Below, piece by piece: positions 30,401 through 45,250 of a stretch of DNA of 64,000 nucleotides. Positions within the stretch are counted from its first letter, which is position 1; every line of letters begins with the position of its first letter. Where the stretch lies: the NCBI GenBank assembly GCA_964016885.1, contig OZ024743.1, positions 138,880,001 through 138,944,000 on the forward strand, read 5' to 3'. Both the position numbers and the translations under genes were made by a program. Source of the stretch: Eledone cirrhosa (taxonomy: Eukaryota). The notes under the pieces were generated by a model. It was not told where the DNA came from, did not search any database, and saw nothing but the letters and a program-made list of their open reading frames with translations.

Positions 30401-33400
30401 CACCAAGCACCAAACACCATGCACCCAGAACCAAGCACCAAGCACCAAACACCAAACACCAAGCACCAAGCACCAAACACCAAACACCAAGCACCAAGCA
30501 CCAAGCACCAAGCACCAAACACCATACACCAAGCACCAAGCACCAAACACCAAAAACCAATCACCAAGCACCAAAGAGTAAACACCAAGCCCCAAGCACC
30601 AAACACCAAACACCAAACACCAAACAACAAACACTAAACACCAAACAACAAACAGCAAACACCAAACACCAAATAGCAAACACCAAACACCAACCAGGAA
30701 ACACCAAACAGCAAACACCAAACAGCAAACGCCAAACAGCAAACACAAACACCAAACACCAAACACCAAGCACCAAGCACCAAGCACAAAACACCAAGCA
30801 CCAAGCGCCAAGCACCAAACACCAAACACCAAACACCAAACAGCAAACACCAATCACCAAATACCAGACACCAAACACCAAACAGCAAACACCAAACACC
30901 AAACAGCAAACACCAAACACCAAACACCAAACAGCAAACACGAAACAGCAAACAGCAAACAGCAGACACCAAACAGCAAACACCAAACAGCAAACACGAA
31001 ACACCAAGCACCAAATAGCAAGCACCCAGCACCATACACCAAACACCAAGCACCAAGCACCCAGAACAAAGCACCAACCACCAAACACCAAACACCAAGC
31101 TCCAAGCACCAAACACCAAACACCAAGCACCAAGCACCAAGCACCAAGCACCAAACACCAAACACCAAGCACCAAGCACCAAACACCAAGCACCAAGCGC
31201 CAAACACCAAACACCAAACACCTAGCACCAAGCACCAAGCACCGAACACCAAGCACCAAACACCAAGCACCAAGCACCAAGCACCAAGCACCAAGCACCA
31301 AACACCAATCACCAAGCCCCAAGCACCAAACACCAAGCACCAAGCACCAAACACCAAACACCAAGCACCAAGCACCCAGAACCAAGCACCAAGCACCAAA
31401 CACCAAACACCAAGCACCAAGCACCAAACACCAAACACCAAGCACCAAGCACCAAGCACCAAGCACCAAACACCATACACCAAGCACCAAGCACCAAACA
31501 CCAAAAACCAATCACCAAGCACCAAAGAGCAAACACCAAGCCCCAAGCACCAAACACCAAACACCAAACAGCAAACACTAAACACCAAACACCAAACAGC
31601 AAACACCAAACAGCAAATAGCAAACACCAAACACCAACCAGGAAACACCAAACAGCAAACACCAAACAGCAAACGCCAAACAGCAAACACAAACACCAAA
31701 CACCAAGCACCAAGCACCAAGCACAAAACATCAAGCACCAAGCGCCAAGCACCAAACACCAAACACCAAACACCAAACACCAAACACCAATCACCAGACA
31801 CCAGACACCAAACACCAAACAGCAAACACCAAACACCAAACAGCAAACACCAAACACCAAACACCATGCACCCAGAACCAAGCACCAAGCACCAAACACC
31901 AAACACCAAGCACCAAGCACCAAACACCAAACACCAAGCACCAAGCACCAAGCACCAAGCACCAAACACCATACACCAAGCACCAAGCACCAAACCCAAA
32001 AACCAATCACCAAGCACCAAAGAGCAAACACCAAGCCCCAAGCACCAAACACCAAACACCAAACACCAAACAACAAACACTAAACACCAAACACCAAACA
32101 GCAAACACCAAACACCAAACAGCAAACAACAAACACCAACCAGGAAACACCAAACAGCAAACACCAAACAGCAAACGCCAAACAGCAAACACAAACACCA
32201 AACACCAAACACCAAGCCCCAAGCACCAAGCACAAAACACCAAGCACCAAGCGCCAAGCACCAAACACCAAACACCAAACACCAAACAGCAAACACCAAT
32301 CACCAAATACCAGACACCAAACACCAAACAGCAAACACCAAACACCAAACAGCAAACACCAAACACCAAACACCAAACAGCAAACACGAAACAGCAAACA
32401 CCAAACAGCAGACACCAAACAGCAAACACCAAACAGCAAACACCAAACACCAAACACCAAACACCAAGCACCAACCACCAAACACCAAGCACCAAGCAAC
32501 AAACACCAATCACCAAGCACCGAGCACTAAAAACCAAACATCTAGCACCAAGCACCAAGCACCAAACACCAAGCACCAAGCACCAAGCACCAAACACCAA
32601 GCACCAAAGACCAAGCCCCAAATACCAAGCACCAAGCACCAAACACCAATCACCAGGCACCAAGCACCAAACACCAAGAACCAAGCACCAAGCACTAAAC
32701 TCCAAATACCAAGCACCAAGCACCAAACACCAAACACCAAGCACCAAGTACCAAACTCCAAACACCAAACACCAAGCACCAAGCACCAAATCCCAAGCAC
32801 CAAACACCAAGCACCAATCACTAAACACCAAACACCAAGCACCAAGCACCAAACACCAAAAACCAAGCACCAAGCACCAAGCACCAAACACCTAACGCCA
32901 AACACCGAAAACCAAGTACCAAGCACCAAACACCAAGCACCAAGCGTCAAAGACCAAACACCTAGCAGCAAGCACGAAACACCAAGCACCAAGCACCGAG
33001 CACCAAACACCAAGTACCAGGCACCAATCACCAAACACCAAGAACCAAGCACCAAACACCAGACAGCAAGCACCAAGCACCAAACACCAAACTCCAAGCA
33101 CCAAGCACCAAACACCAAACACCAAGCACCAATCACCAAACACCAAGCACCAAGCGCCAAACACCAAACACCAAACACCTAGCACCAAGCACCAAGCACC
33201 GAACACCAAGCACCAAACACCAAGCACCAAGCACCAAGCACCAAGCACCAAGCACCAAACACCAATCAACAAGCCCCAAGCACCAAACACCAAGCACCAA
33301 GACCCAAACACCAGAAACCAAGCACCATGCACCCAGAACCAAGCACCAAGCACCAAACACCAAACACCAAGCTCCAAGCACCAAACACCAAACACCAAGC

Positions 33401-36400
33401 ACCAAGCACCAAGCACCAAGCACCAAACACCATACACCAAGCACCAAGCACCAAACACCAAAAACCAATCACCAAGCACCAAAGAGCAAACACCAAGCCC
33501 CAAGCACCAAACACCAAACACCAAACACCAAACAACAAACACTAAATAACAAACACCAAACAGCAAACACCAAGCACCAAATAGCAAACACCAAACACCA
33601 ACCAGGAAACACCAAACAGCAGACACCAAACAGCAATCGCCAAACAGCAAACACAAACACCAAACACCAAACAGCAAGCACCAAGCACCAAGCACAAAAC
33701 ACCAAGCACCAGGCGCCAAGTACCAAACACCAAACACCAAACACCAAACAGCAAACACCAATCACCAAACACCAGACACCAAACACCAAACAGCAAACAC
33801 CAAACACCAAACAGCAAACACCAAACACCAAACACCAAACAGCAAACACCAAACAGCAAACACCAAACACCAAACACCAAACACCAAGCACCAAGCACCA
33901 AACACCAAGCACCAAGCAACAAACACCAATCACCAAGCACCAAGCACTAAAAACCAAACACCCAGCACCAAGCACCAAGCACCAAAGACCAAGCACCAAG
34001 CACCAAGCACCAAACACCAAGCACCAAAGACCAAGCCCCAAATACCAAGCACCAAGCACCAAACACCAATCACAAGGCACCAAGCACCAAACACCAAGAA
34101 CCAAGCACCAAGCACTAAACACCAAATACCAAGCACCAAGCACCAAACTCCAAACACCAAGCACCAAGTACCAAACTCCAAACACCAAACACCAAGCACC
34201 AAGCACCAAATCCCAAGCACCAAACACCAAGCACCAATCACCAAACACCAAACACCAAGCACCAAGCACCAAACACCAAAATCCAAGCACCAAGCACCAA
34301 GCACCAAACACCAAACGCCAAACACCGAACACCAAGTACCAAGCGCCAAACACCAAGCACCAAGCGCCAAAGACCAAACACCAGGCACCGAGCACGAAAC
34401 ACCAAGCACCAAGCACCAAACACCAAGAACCAAGCACCAAACACCAGACAGCAAGCACCAAGCACCAAACACCATGCACCCAGAACCAAGCACCAAGCAC
34501 CAAACACCAAACACCAAGCACCAAGCACCAAACACCAAACACCAAGCACCAAGCACCAAGCACCAAGCACCAAACACCATACACCAAGCACCAAGCACCA
34601 AACACCAAAAACCAATCACCAAGCACCAAAGAGTAAACACCAAGCCCCAAGCACCAAACACCAAACACCAAACACCAAACAACAAACACTAAACACCAAA
34701 CAACAAACAGCAAACACCAAACACCAAATAGCAAACACCAAACACCAACCAGGAAACACCAAACAGCAAACACCAAACAGCAAACGCCAAACAGCAAACA
34801 CAAACACCAAACACCAAACACCAAGCACCAAGCACCAAGCACAAAACACCAAGCACCAAGCGCCAAGCACCAAACACCAAACACCAAACACCAAACAGCA
34901 AACACCAATCACCAAATACCAGACACCAAACACCAAACAGCAAACACCAAACACCAAACAGCAAACACCAAACACCAAACACCAAACAGCAAACACGAAA
35001 CAGCAAACAGCAAACAGCAGACACCAAACAGCAAACACCAAACAGCAAACACGAAACACCAAGCACCAAATAGCAAGCACCCAGCACCATACACCAAACA
35101 CCAAGCACCAAGCACCCAGAACAAAGCACCAACCACCAAACACCAAACACCAAGCTCCAAGCACCAAACACCAAACACCAAGCACCAAGCACCAAGCACC
35201 AAGCACCAAACACCAAACACCAAGCACCAAGCACCAAACACCAAGCACCAAGCGCCAAACACCAAACACCAAACACCTAGCACCAAGCACCAAGCACCGA
35301 ACACCAAGCACCAAACACCAAGCACCAAGCACCAAGCACCAAGCACCAAGCACCAAACACCAATCACCAAGCCCCAAGCACCAAACACCAAGCACCAAGC
35401 ACCAAACACCAAACACCAAGCACCAAGCACCCAGAACCAAGCACCAAGCACCAAACACCAAACACCAAGCACCAAGCACCAAACACCAAACACCAAGCAC
35501 CAAGCACCAAGCACCAAGCACCAAACACCATACACCAAGCACCAAGCACCAAACACCAAAAACCAATCACCAAGCACCAAAGAGCAAACACCAAGCCCCA
35601 AGCACCAAACACCAAACACCAAACAGCAAACACTAAACACCAAACACCAAACAGCAAACACCAAACAGCAAATAGCAAACACCAAACACCAACCAGGAAA
35701 CACCAAACAGCAAACACCAAACAGCAAACGCCAAACAGCAAACACAAACACCAAACACCAAGCACCAAGCACCAAGCACAAAACATCAAGCACCAAGCGC
35801 CAAGCACCAAACACCAAACACCAAACACCAAACACCAAACACCAATCACCAGACACCAGACACCAAACACCAAACAGCAAACACCAAACACCAAACAGCA
35901 AACACCAAACACCAAACACCATGCACCCAGAACCAAGCACCAAGCACCAAACACCAAACACCAAGCACCAAGCACCAAACACCAAACACCAAGCACCAAG
36001 CACCAAGCACCAAGCACCAAACACCATACACCAAGCACCAAGCACCAAACCCAAAAACCAATCACCAAGCACCAAAGAGCAAACACCAAGCCCCAAGCAC
36101 CAAACACCAAACACCAAACACCAAACAACAAACACTAAACACCAAACACCAAACAGCAAACACCAAACACCAAACAGCAAACAACAAACACCAACCAGGA
36201 AACACCAAACAGCAAACACCAAACAGCAAACGCCAAACAGCAAACACAAACACCAAACACCAAACACCAAGCCCCAAGCACCAAGCACAAAACACCAAGC
36301 ACCAAGCGCCAAGCACCAAACACCAAACACCAAACACCAAACAGCAAACACCAATCACCAAATACCAGACACCAAACACCAAACAGCAAACACCAAACAC

Positions 36401-37173
36401 CAAACAGCAAACACCAAACACCAAACACCAAACAGCAAACACGAAACAGCAAACACCAAACAGCAGACACCAAACAGCAAACACCAAACAGCAAACACCA
36501 AACACCAAACACCAAACACCAAGCACCAACCACCAAACACCAAGCACCAAGCAACAAACACCAATCACCAAGCACCGAGCACTAAAAACCAAACATCTAG
36601 CACCAAGCACCAAGCACCAAACACCAAGCACCAAGCACCAAGCACCAAACACCAAGCACCAAAGACCAAGCCCCAAATACCAAGCACCAAGCACCAAACA
36701 CCAATCACCAGGCACCAAGCACCAAACACCAAGAACCAAGCACCAAGCACTAAACTCCAAATACCAAGCACCAAGCACCAAACACCAAACACCAAGCACC
36801 AAGTACCAAACTCCAAACACCAAACACCAAGCACCAAGCACCAAATCCCAAGCACCAAACACCAAGCACCAATCACTAAACACCAAACACCAAGCACCAA
36901 GCACCAAACACCAAAAACCAAGCACCAAGCACCAAGCACCAAACACCTAACGCCAAACACCGAAAACCAAGTACCAAGCACCAAACACCAAGCACCAAGC
37001 GTCAAAGACCAAACACCTAGCAGCAAGCACGAAACACCAAGCACCAAGCACCGAGCACCAAACACCAAGTACCAGGCACCAATCACCAAACACCAAGAAC
37101 CAAGCACCAAACACCAGACAGCAAGCACCAAGCACCAAACACCAAACTCCAAGCACCAAGCACCAAACACCAA
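29039..37173 (+). repeat. Apparently exact tandem duplication of a 4,055-bp unit (580 monomers)
   Basis: ORFs from 29078 to 32509 recur with identical translation at +4055 (e.g. 29414/33469, 30854/34909, 32007/36062). The flanking mismatches are at 29038 vs 33093 and 33119 vs 37174. 4055 = 580x7-5, matching five 6-bp monomers seen in the unit. Confidence 0.95.
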
Positions 37174-38489
37174 GCACCAAGCGCCAAACACCAAACACCA
37201 AGCACCAAGCACCAAACACCAAGCACCAACCACCAAGCACCAAACACCAAGCACCAAGCACCAAACACCAAGCACCAATCACCAAACAGCAAACACCAAG
37301 CACCAAACACCAAACACCAAGCACCAAGCACCAAACACCAAGCACCAAGCACCAAAAACCAATCACCAAGCACCAAAGAGCAAACACCAAGCCCCAAGCA
37401 CCAAACACAAAACACCAAATACCAAATAGCAAACACTAAACACCAAACACCAAACAGCAAACACAAAACAACAAATAGCAAATACCAAACAGCGAACACC
37501 AAACACCAAACAGCAAACACCAAACACCAACCAGGAAACACCAAAGACCAAGCACCAAACACCAAGCACCAAGCCCCAAGCACCAAACACCAAGCACCAA
37601 GCACCAAACACCAAGCACCAAGCACCAAGCACCATGCACCAAACACCAAGCACCAAGCACCAAACAGCAAACACCAAACAGCAAACACCAAACACCAAAC
37701 ACCAACCAGCAAACACCAAACACCAAACACCAAACAGCAAACACCAAACAGCAAACACCAAACAGCAAACACCAAACACCAAACACCAAACACCAAACGC
37801 CAAAAAGTAAACGCCAAACCCCAAACGCCAAACAGCAAATGCCAAACCCCAAGCGCCAAACACCAAAGACCAAGCGCCAAGCAACAAACACCAAACACCA
37901 AGCACCAAGCACCAAACACCAAACACCAAGCACCAAGTACCAAACACCAAACACCAAGCACCAAACACCAAACAACAAACGCCAAAAAGCAAACGCCAAA
38001 CCCCAAACGCCAAACAGCAAACGCCAAGGACCAAACACCAAACACCAAGCGCCAAGCACCAAATACCAAACACCAAGCACCAAGCACCAAACACCAAACA
38101 CCAAGGACCAATCACCTAACACCAAGCACCAAGCGCCAAACACCAAAAACCAAACACCTAGCACCAAGCACCAAGCACCAAACACCAAGCACCAAGCCCC
38201 AAGCACCAAACAGCAAGCACCCAGCACCATACACCAAACACCAAGCACCAAGCACCCAGAACAAAGCACCAAGCACCAAACACCAAACACCAAGCTCCAA
38301 TCACCAAACACCAAACACCAAGCACCAAGCACCAAGCACCAAGCACCAAACACCAAACACCAAGCACCAAGCACCAAACACCAAGCACCAAGCGCCAAAC
38401 ACCAAACACCAAACACCTAGCACCAAGCACCAAGCACCGAACACCAAGCACCAAACACCAAGCACCAAGCACCAAGCACCAAGCACCAA

Positions 38490-41400
38490 GCACCAAACAC
38501 CAATCACCAAGCCCCAAGCACCAAACACCAAGCACCAAGCACCAAACACCAAACACCAAGCACCAAGCACCCAGAACCAAGCACCAAGCACCAAACACCA
38601 AACACCAAGCACCAAGCACCAAACACCAAACACCAAGCACCAAGCACCAAGCACCAAGCACTAAACACCATACACCAAGCAACAAGCACCAATCACTAAA
38701 CACTAAACACCAAGCACCAAGCACCAAACACAAACACCAAGCACCAAGTACCAAACTCCAAACACCAAACACCAAGCACCAAGCACCAAATCCCAAGCAC
38801 CAAACACCATTCACCATAAAACAAACACCAAACACCAAGCATGAAGCACCAAGCACCAAATACCAATCACCAAGCACCAAAGAGCAAACACCAAGCCCCA
38901 AGCACCAAACACCAAACACCAAACACCAAACAGCAAACACTAAACACCAAACACCAAAGAGCAAACACCAAACACCAAATAGCAAACACCAAACACCAAC
39001 AAGGAAACAGCAAACAGCAAACACCAAACAGCAAACGCCAAACAACAAACACAAACACCAAACACCAAACACCAAACACCAAGCACCAAGCACAAAACAC
39101 CAAACACCAATCACCAAACACCAGACACCAAACACCAAACAGCAAACACCAAACACCAAACAGCAAACACCAAACACCAAACACCAAACAGCAAACACCA
39201 AACAGCAAACACCAAACAGCAAACACCAAACAGCAAACAGCAAACACCAAACACCAAACACCAAGCACCAAGCAGCAAACACCAACACCAAGCAACAAGC
39301 ACCAATCACCAAGCACCAAGCACTAAACACCAAACACCTAGCACCAAGCACCAAGCACCAAACACCAAGCACCAAGCACCAAGCACCAAACACCAAGCAC
39401 CAAAGACCAAGCCCCAAATACCAAGCACCAAGCACCAAACACCAATCACCAGGCACCAAGCACCAAACACCAAGAACCAAGCACCAAGCACTAAACACCA
39501 AACACCAAGCACCAAGCACCAAACACCAAGAACCAAGCACCAAGCGCAAACACCGAACACCAAGCACCAAGCACCAAACACCAAGCACCAACCACCAAGC
39601 ACCAAACACCAAGCACCAAGCACCAATCACCAAACACCAAGCACCAAGCACCAAACACCAAACATCAAGCACCAAGCACCAAACACCAAACTACAAGCAC
39701 CAAGCACCAAACACCAAATACCAAGCACCAAGCACCAAGCACCAAGCACCAAACACCAAGAACCAAGCACCAAGCACCAAACACCAAGCACCAAATACCA
39801 AGCACCAGACGCGAAGCACCAAGCACCAAGCACCAAAAACCAAGCACCAAGCTCCAAGCACCAAACACCAAGCACCAAACAACAAACACCAAGCACCAAG
39901 CACCAAACACCAAGCACCAAGCGCCAAAAACCAAACAATAAGCACCAAACACCAAATACCAAGCACCAAGCACCAAGCACCAAGCACCAAACACCAAACA
40001 CCAAACACCAAACAGCAAACAGCAAACACCAAACACCAAACACCAAACAGCAAACGCCAAACATCAAATGCCAAACACCAAACGCCAAACAGCAAACGCC
40101 AAACACCAAACGCCAAACAGCAAGTGCCAAGCACGAAACGCCAAACACCAAGCACCAAGCACCAAACACCAAACACCTAGCACCAAGCACCAAACACCAA
40201 ACACCAAGCACCAAGCACTAAACGCCAAACACCAAGCGCCAAGCACCAAGCACCAAACACCAAGCACCAAGCACCGAGCACCAAACACCAAACACCGAGC
40301 ACCAAGCACCAAGCACCAAACACCAAGCCCCAAGCACCAAACACCAACCAGCAAACACCAAACACCAAACACTAAAAAGCAAACACCAAACAGCAAACAC
40401 CAAACAGAAACACCAAACACCAAACACCAAACAGCAAACGCCAAGCACCAAACGCCAAAAAGCAAATGCCAAAACCCAAACGCCAAACAGCAAACGCCAT
40501 ACCCCAAACGCCAAGCACCAAACACCGAACACCAAGCACCAAGCACCAAACACCAAACACCAAGCACCAATCACCAAGCACCAAACACCAATCACCAAGC
40601 CCCAAGCACCAAACACCAAGCGTCAAGCACCAAACACCAAAAACCAAGCACCAAGCACCCAGAACCAAGCACCAAGCACGAAACACCAAACACCAAGCAC
40701 CAAGCACCAAACACCAAATACCAAGCACCAAGCAACAAGCACCAAGCACCAAACAGCATACACCAAGCACCGAGCACCAAACACCAAAAACCAATCACCA
40801 AGCACCAAAGAGCAAACACCAAGCCCCAAGCACCAAACACCAAACACCAAACACCAAACACTAAACAGCAAACACCAACCAGCAAACACCAAACAGCAAA
40901 CACCAAACAGCAAACGCCAAACAGCAAACACAAACACCAAACACCAAACAACCAAACACCAAGCACCAAACACCAAACACCAATCACCAGGCACCAAGCA
41001 CAAAACACCAAGCACCAAGCTCCAAACACCAAACACCAAGCACCAACCACCAAGCACCAAGCACAAAGCACCAAGCACCAAACACAAAACACCAAGTACC
41101 AGTCACCAAGCACCAAACACCAAACACCAAACACCAAACACCAAACAGCAAACACTAAACACCAAACACAAAACACCAAACACCAAACAGCAAACACCAA
41201 TCACCAAACAGCAAACACCAAACACCAAACACCAAACAGCAAACACCAAACAGCAAACACCAAACAGCAAACACCAAACAGCAAACAGCAAACACCCAAC
41301 ACCAAACACAAAGCACCAAGCACCAAACACCAAGCACCAAGCAACAAGCACCAATCACCAAGCACCAAGCCCTAAACACCAAACACCAAGCACCAAGCAC

Positions 41401-44400
41401 CAAACACCAAACACCAAGCACCAAGCACCAAGAACCAAACGCCAAGCACCAAGCACCAAACACCAAGCACCAAGCACCAAGCACCAAGCACCAAAAACCA
41501 AGCACTAAGGACCAAGCACCACATACCAAGGACCAAGCACCAAACACCAAACACCAAGCACCAAGCACTAAACACCAAACACCAAGCACCAAGCACCAAA
41601 CACCAAACACCAAGCACCAAGTACCAAACTCCGAACACCAAACACCAGGCACCAAGCACCAAGAACCAAGCAGCAAACACCAAACACCAAGCACCAAGCA
41701 CCAAACACCAAACACCAAGCACCAAGCACCAAACACCAAATACCAAGCACCAAGCACTAAACACCAAACACCAAACACCAAGCACCAAGCACTAAACACC
41801 AAACACCAAGCACCAAGCACCAAACACCAAACACCAAGCACCAAGTACCAAACTCCGAACACCAAACACCTGGCACCATACACCAAGAACCAAGCAGCAA
41901 ACACCAAACACCAAGCACCAAGCACCAAGCACCAAACACCAAACACCAAACACCAAGCACCAAGCACCAAACACCAAGCACCAAGCGCCAAAGACCAAAC
42001 ACCAAGCACCAAGCATGAAACACCAAGCACCAAGCACCGAGCACCAAACACCAAGTACCAAGCACCAATCACCAAACACCAAGAACCAAGCAGCAAACAC
42101 CAAACACCAAGCACCAAGCACCAAACACCAAACACCAATCACCAAGCCCCAAGCACCAAACACCAAGCACCAAGCACCAAACACCAAACACCAAGCACCA
42201 AGCACCCAGAACCAAGCACCAAGCACCAAACACCAAACACCAAGCACCAAGCACCAAACACCAAACACCAAGCACCAAGCACCAAGCACCAAGCACTAAA
42301 CACCATACACCAAGCAACAAGCACCAATCACTAAACACTAAACGCCAAGCACCAAGCACCAAACACAAACACCAAGCACCATGTACCAAACTCCAAACAC
42401 CAAACACCAAGCACCAAGCACCAAATCCCAAGCACCAAACACCATTCACCATAAAACAAACACCAAACACCAAGCATGAAGCACCAAGCACCAAATACCA
42501 ATCACCAAGCACCAAAGAGCAAACACCAAGCCCCAAGCACCAAACACCAAACACCAAACACCAAACAGCAAACACTAAACACCAAACACCAAAGAGCAAA
42601 CACCAAACACCAAATAGCAAACACCAAACACCAACAAGGAAACACCAAACAGCAAACACCAAACAGCAAACGCCAAACAACAAACACAAACACCAAACAC
42701 CAAACACCAAACACCAAGCACCAAGCACAAAACACCAAACACCAAACACCAAACACCAAACACCAATCACCAAACACCAGACACCAAACACCAAACAGCA
42801 AACACCAAACACCAAACAGCAAACACCAAACACCAAACACCAAACAGCAAACACCAAACAGCAAACACCAAACAGCAAACACCAAACAGCAAACAGCAAA
42901 CACCAAACACCAAACACCAAGCACCAAGCACTAAACACCAAACACCTAGCACCAAGCACCAAGCACCAAACACCAAGCACCAAGCACCAAGCACCAAACA
43001 CCAAGCACCAAAGACCAAGCCCCAAATACCAAGCACCAAGCACCAAACACCAATCACCAGGCACCAAGCACCAAACACCAAGAACCAAGCACCAAGCACT
43101 AAACACCAAACACCAAGCACCAAGCACCAAACACCAAGAACCAAGCACCAAGCGCAAACACCGAACACCAAGCACCAAGCACCATACCCCAAACGCCAAG
43201 CACCAAACACCGAACACCAAGCACCAAGCACCAAACACCAAACACCAAGCACCAAGCACCAAACACCAAACATCAAGCACCAAGCACCAAACACCAAACA
43301 CCAAGCGTCAAGCACCAAACACCAAACACCAAGCACCAAGCACCCAGAACCAAGCACCAAGCACGAAACACCAAACACCAAGCACCAAGCACCAAACACC
43401 AAATACCAAGCACCAAGCACCAAGCACCAAGCACCAAGCAGCAAACACCAAACACCAAGCACCAAGCACCAAGCACCAAACACCAAACACCAAACACCAA
43501 GCACCAAGCACCAAACACCAAGCACCAAGCGCCAAAGACCAAACACCAAGCACCAAGCATGAAACACCAAGCACCAAGCACCGAGCACCAAACACCAAGT
43601 ACCAAGCACCAATCAGCAAACTACCCAAACGCCAAACAGCAAACGCCATACCCCAAACGCCAAGCACCAAACACCGAACACCAAGCACCAAGCACCAAAC
43701 ACCAAACACCAAGCACCAATCACCAAGCACCAAACACCAATCACCAAGCCCCAAGCACCAAACACCAAGCGTCAAGCACCAAACACCAAACACCAAGCAC
43801 CAAGCACCCAGAACCAAGCACCAAGCACGAAACACCAAACACCAAGCACCAAGCACCAAACACCAAATACCAAGCACCAAGCACCAAGCACCAAGCACCA
43901 AACAGCATACACCAAGCACCGAGCACCAAACACCAAAAACCAATCACCAAGCACCAAAGAGCAAACACCAAGCCCCAAGCACCAAACACCAAACACCAAA
44001 CACCAAACACTAAACAGCAAACACCAACCAGCAAACACCAAACAGCAAACACCAAACAGCAAACGCCAAACAGCAAACACAAACACCAAACACCAAACAA
44101 CCAAACACCAAGCACCAAACACCAAACACCAATCCCCAGGCACCAAGCACAAAACACCAAGCACCAAGCTCCAAACACCAAACACCAAGCACCAACCACC
44201 AAGCACCAAGCACAAAGCACCAAGCACCAAACACAAAACACCAAACACCAAACAGCAAACACTAAACACCAAACACAAAACACCAAACACCAAACAGCAA
44301 ACACCAAACACCAAACAGCAAACACCAAACACCAAACACCAAACAGCAAACACCAAACAGCAAACACCAAACAGCAAACACCAAACAGCAAACAGCAAAC

Positions 44401-45250
44401 ACCCAACACCAAACACAAAGCACCAAGCACCAAACACCAAGCACCAAGCAACAAGCACCAATCACCAAGCACCAAGCCCTAAACACCAAACACCAAGCAC
44501 CAAGCACCAAGAACCAAACACCAAGCACCAAGCACCAAGAACCAAACGCCAAGCACCAAGCACCAAACACCAAGCACCAAGCACCAAGCACCAAGCACCA
44601 AAAACCAAGCACTAAGGACCAAGCACCACACACCAAGGACCAAGCACCAAACACCAAACACCAAGCACCAAGCACTAAACACCAAACACCAAGCACCAAG
44701 CACCAAACACCAAACACCAAGCACCAAGTACCAAACTCCGAACACCAAACACCAGGCACCAAGCACCAAGAACCAAGCAGCAAACACCAAACACCAAGCA
44801 CCAAGCACCAAACACCAAACACCAAGCACGAAGCACCAAACACCAAATACCAAGCACCAAGCACTAAACACCAAACACCAAACACCAAACACCAAGCACC
44901 AAGCACCCAGAACCAAGCACCAAGCACGAAACACCAAACACCAAGCACCAAGCACCAAACACCAAATACCAAGCACCAAGCACCAAGCACCAAGCACCAA
45001 AACAGCAAACACCAAACACCAAGCACCAAGCACCAAGCACCAAACACCAAACACCAAACACCAAGCACCAAACACCAAACACCAAACACCAAGCACCAAG
45101 CACCAAACACCAAGCACCAAGCGCCAAAGACCAAACACCAAGCACCAAGCATGAAACACCAAGCACCAAGCACCGAGCACCAAACACCAAGTACCAAGCA
45201 CCAATCACCAAACTACCCAAACGCCAAACAGCAAACGCCATACACCAAGA
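38490..45250 (+). repeat. Rearranged duplication with offsets 3635 and 3107-3149 bp
   Basis: ORF pairs 38504/42139 and 38841/42476 (3635), 40592/43741 (3149), 41372/44479 and 41568/44675 (3107). Shared private variants: CACCATTCACCATAAAACAAA, CAGCATA and CCCTAAA (41370/44477). An internal 224-bp duplication is also present (CTCCGAA at 41629/41853). Confidence 0.85.

Noticed and set aside
41370-44483. CCCTAAA plant-type telomere repeats at 41370 and 44477
   Set aside because: These are single isolated monomer variants, copied once by the 3107-bp duplication, with no tandem run.
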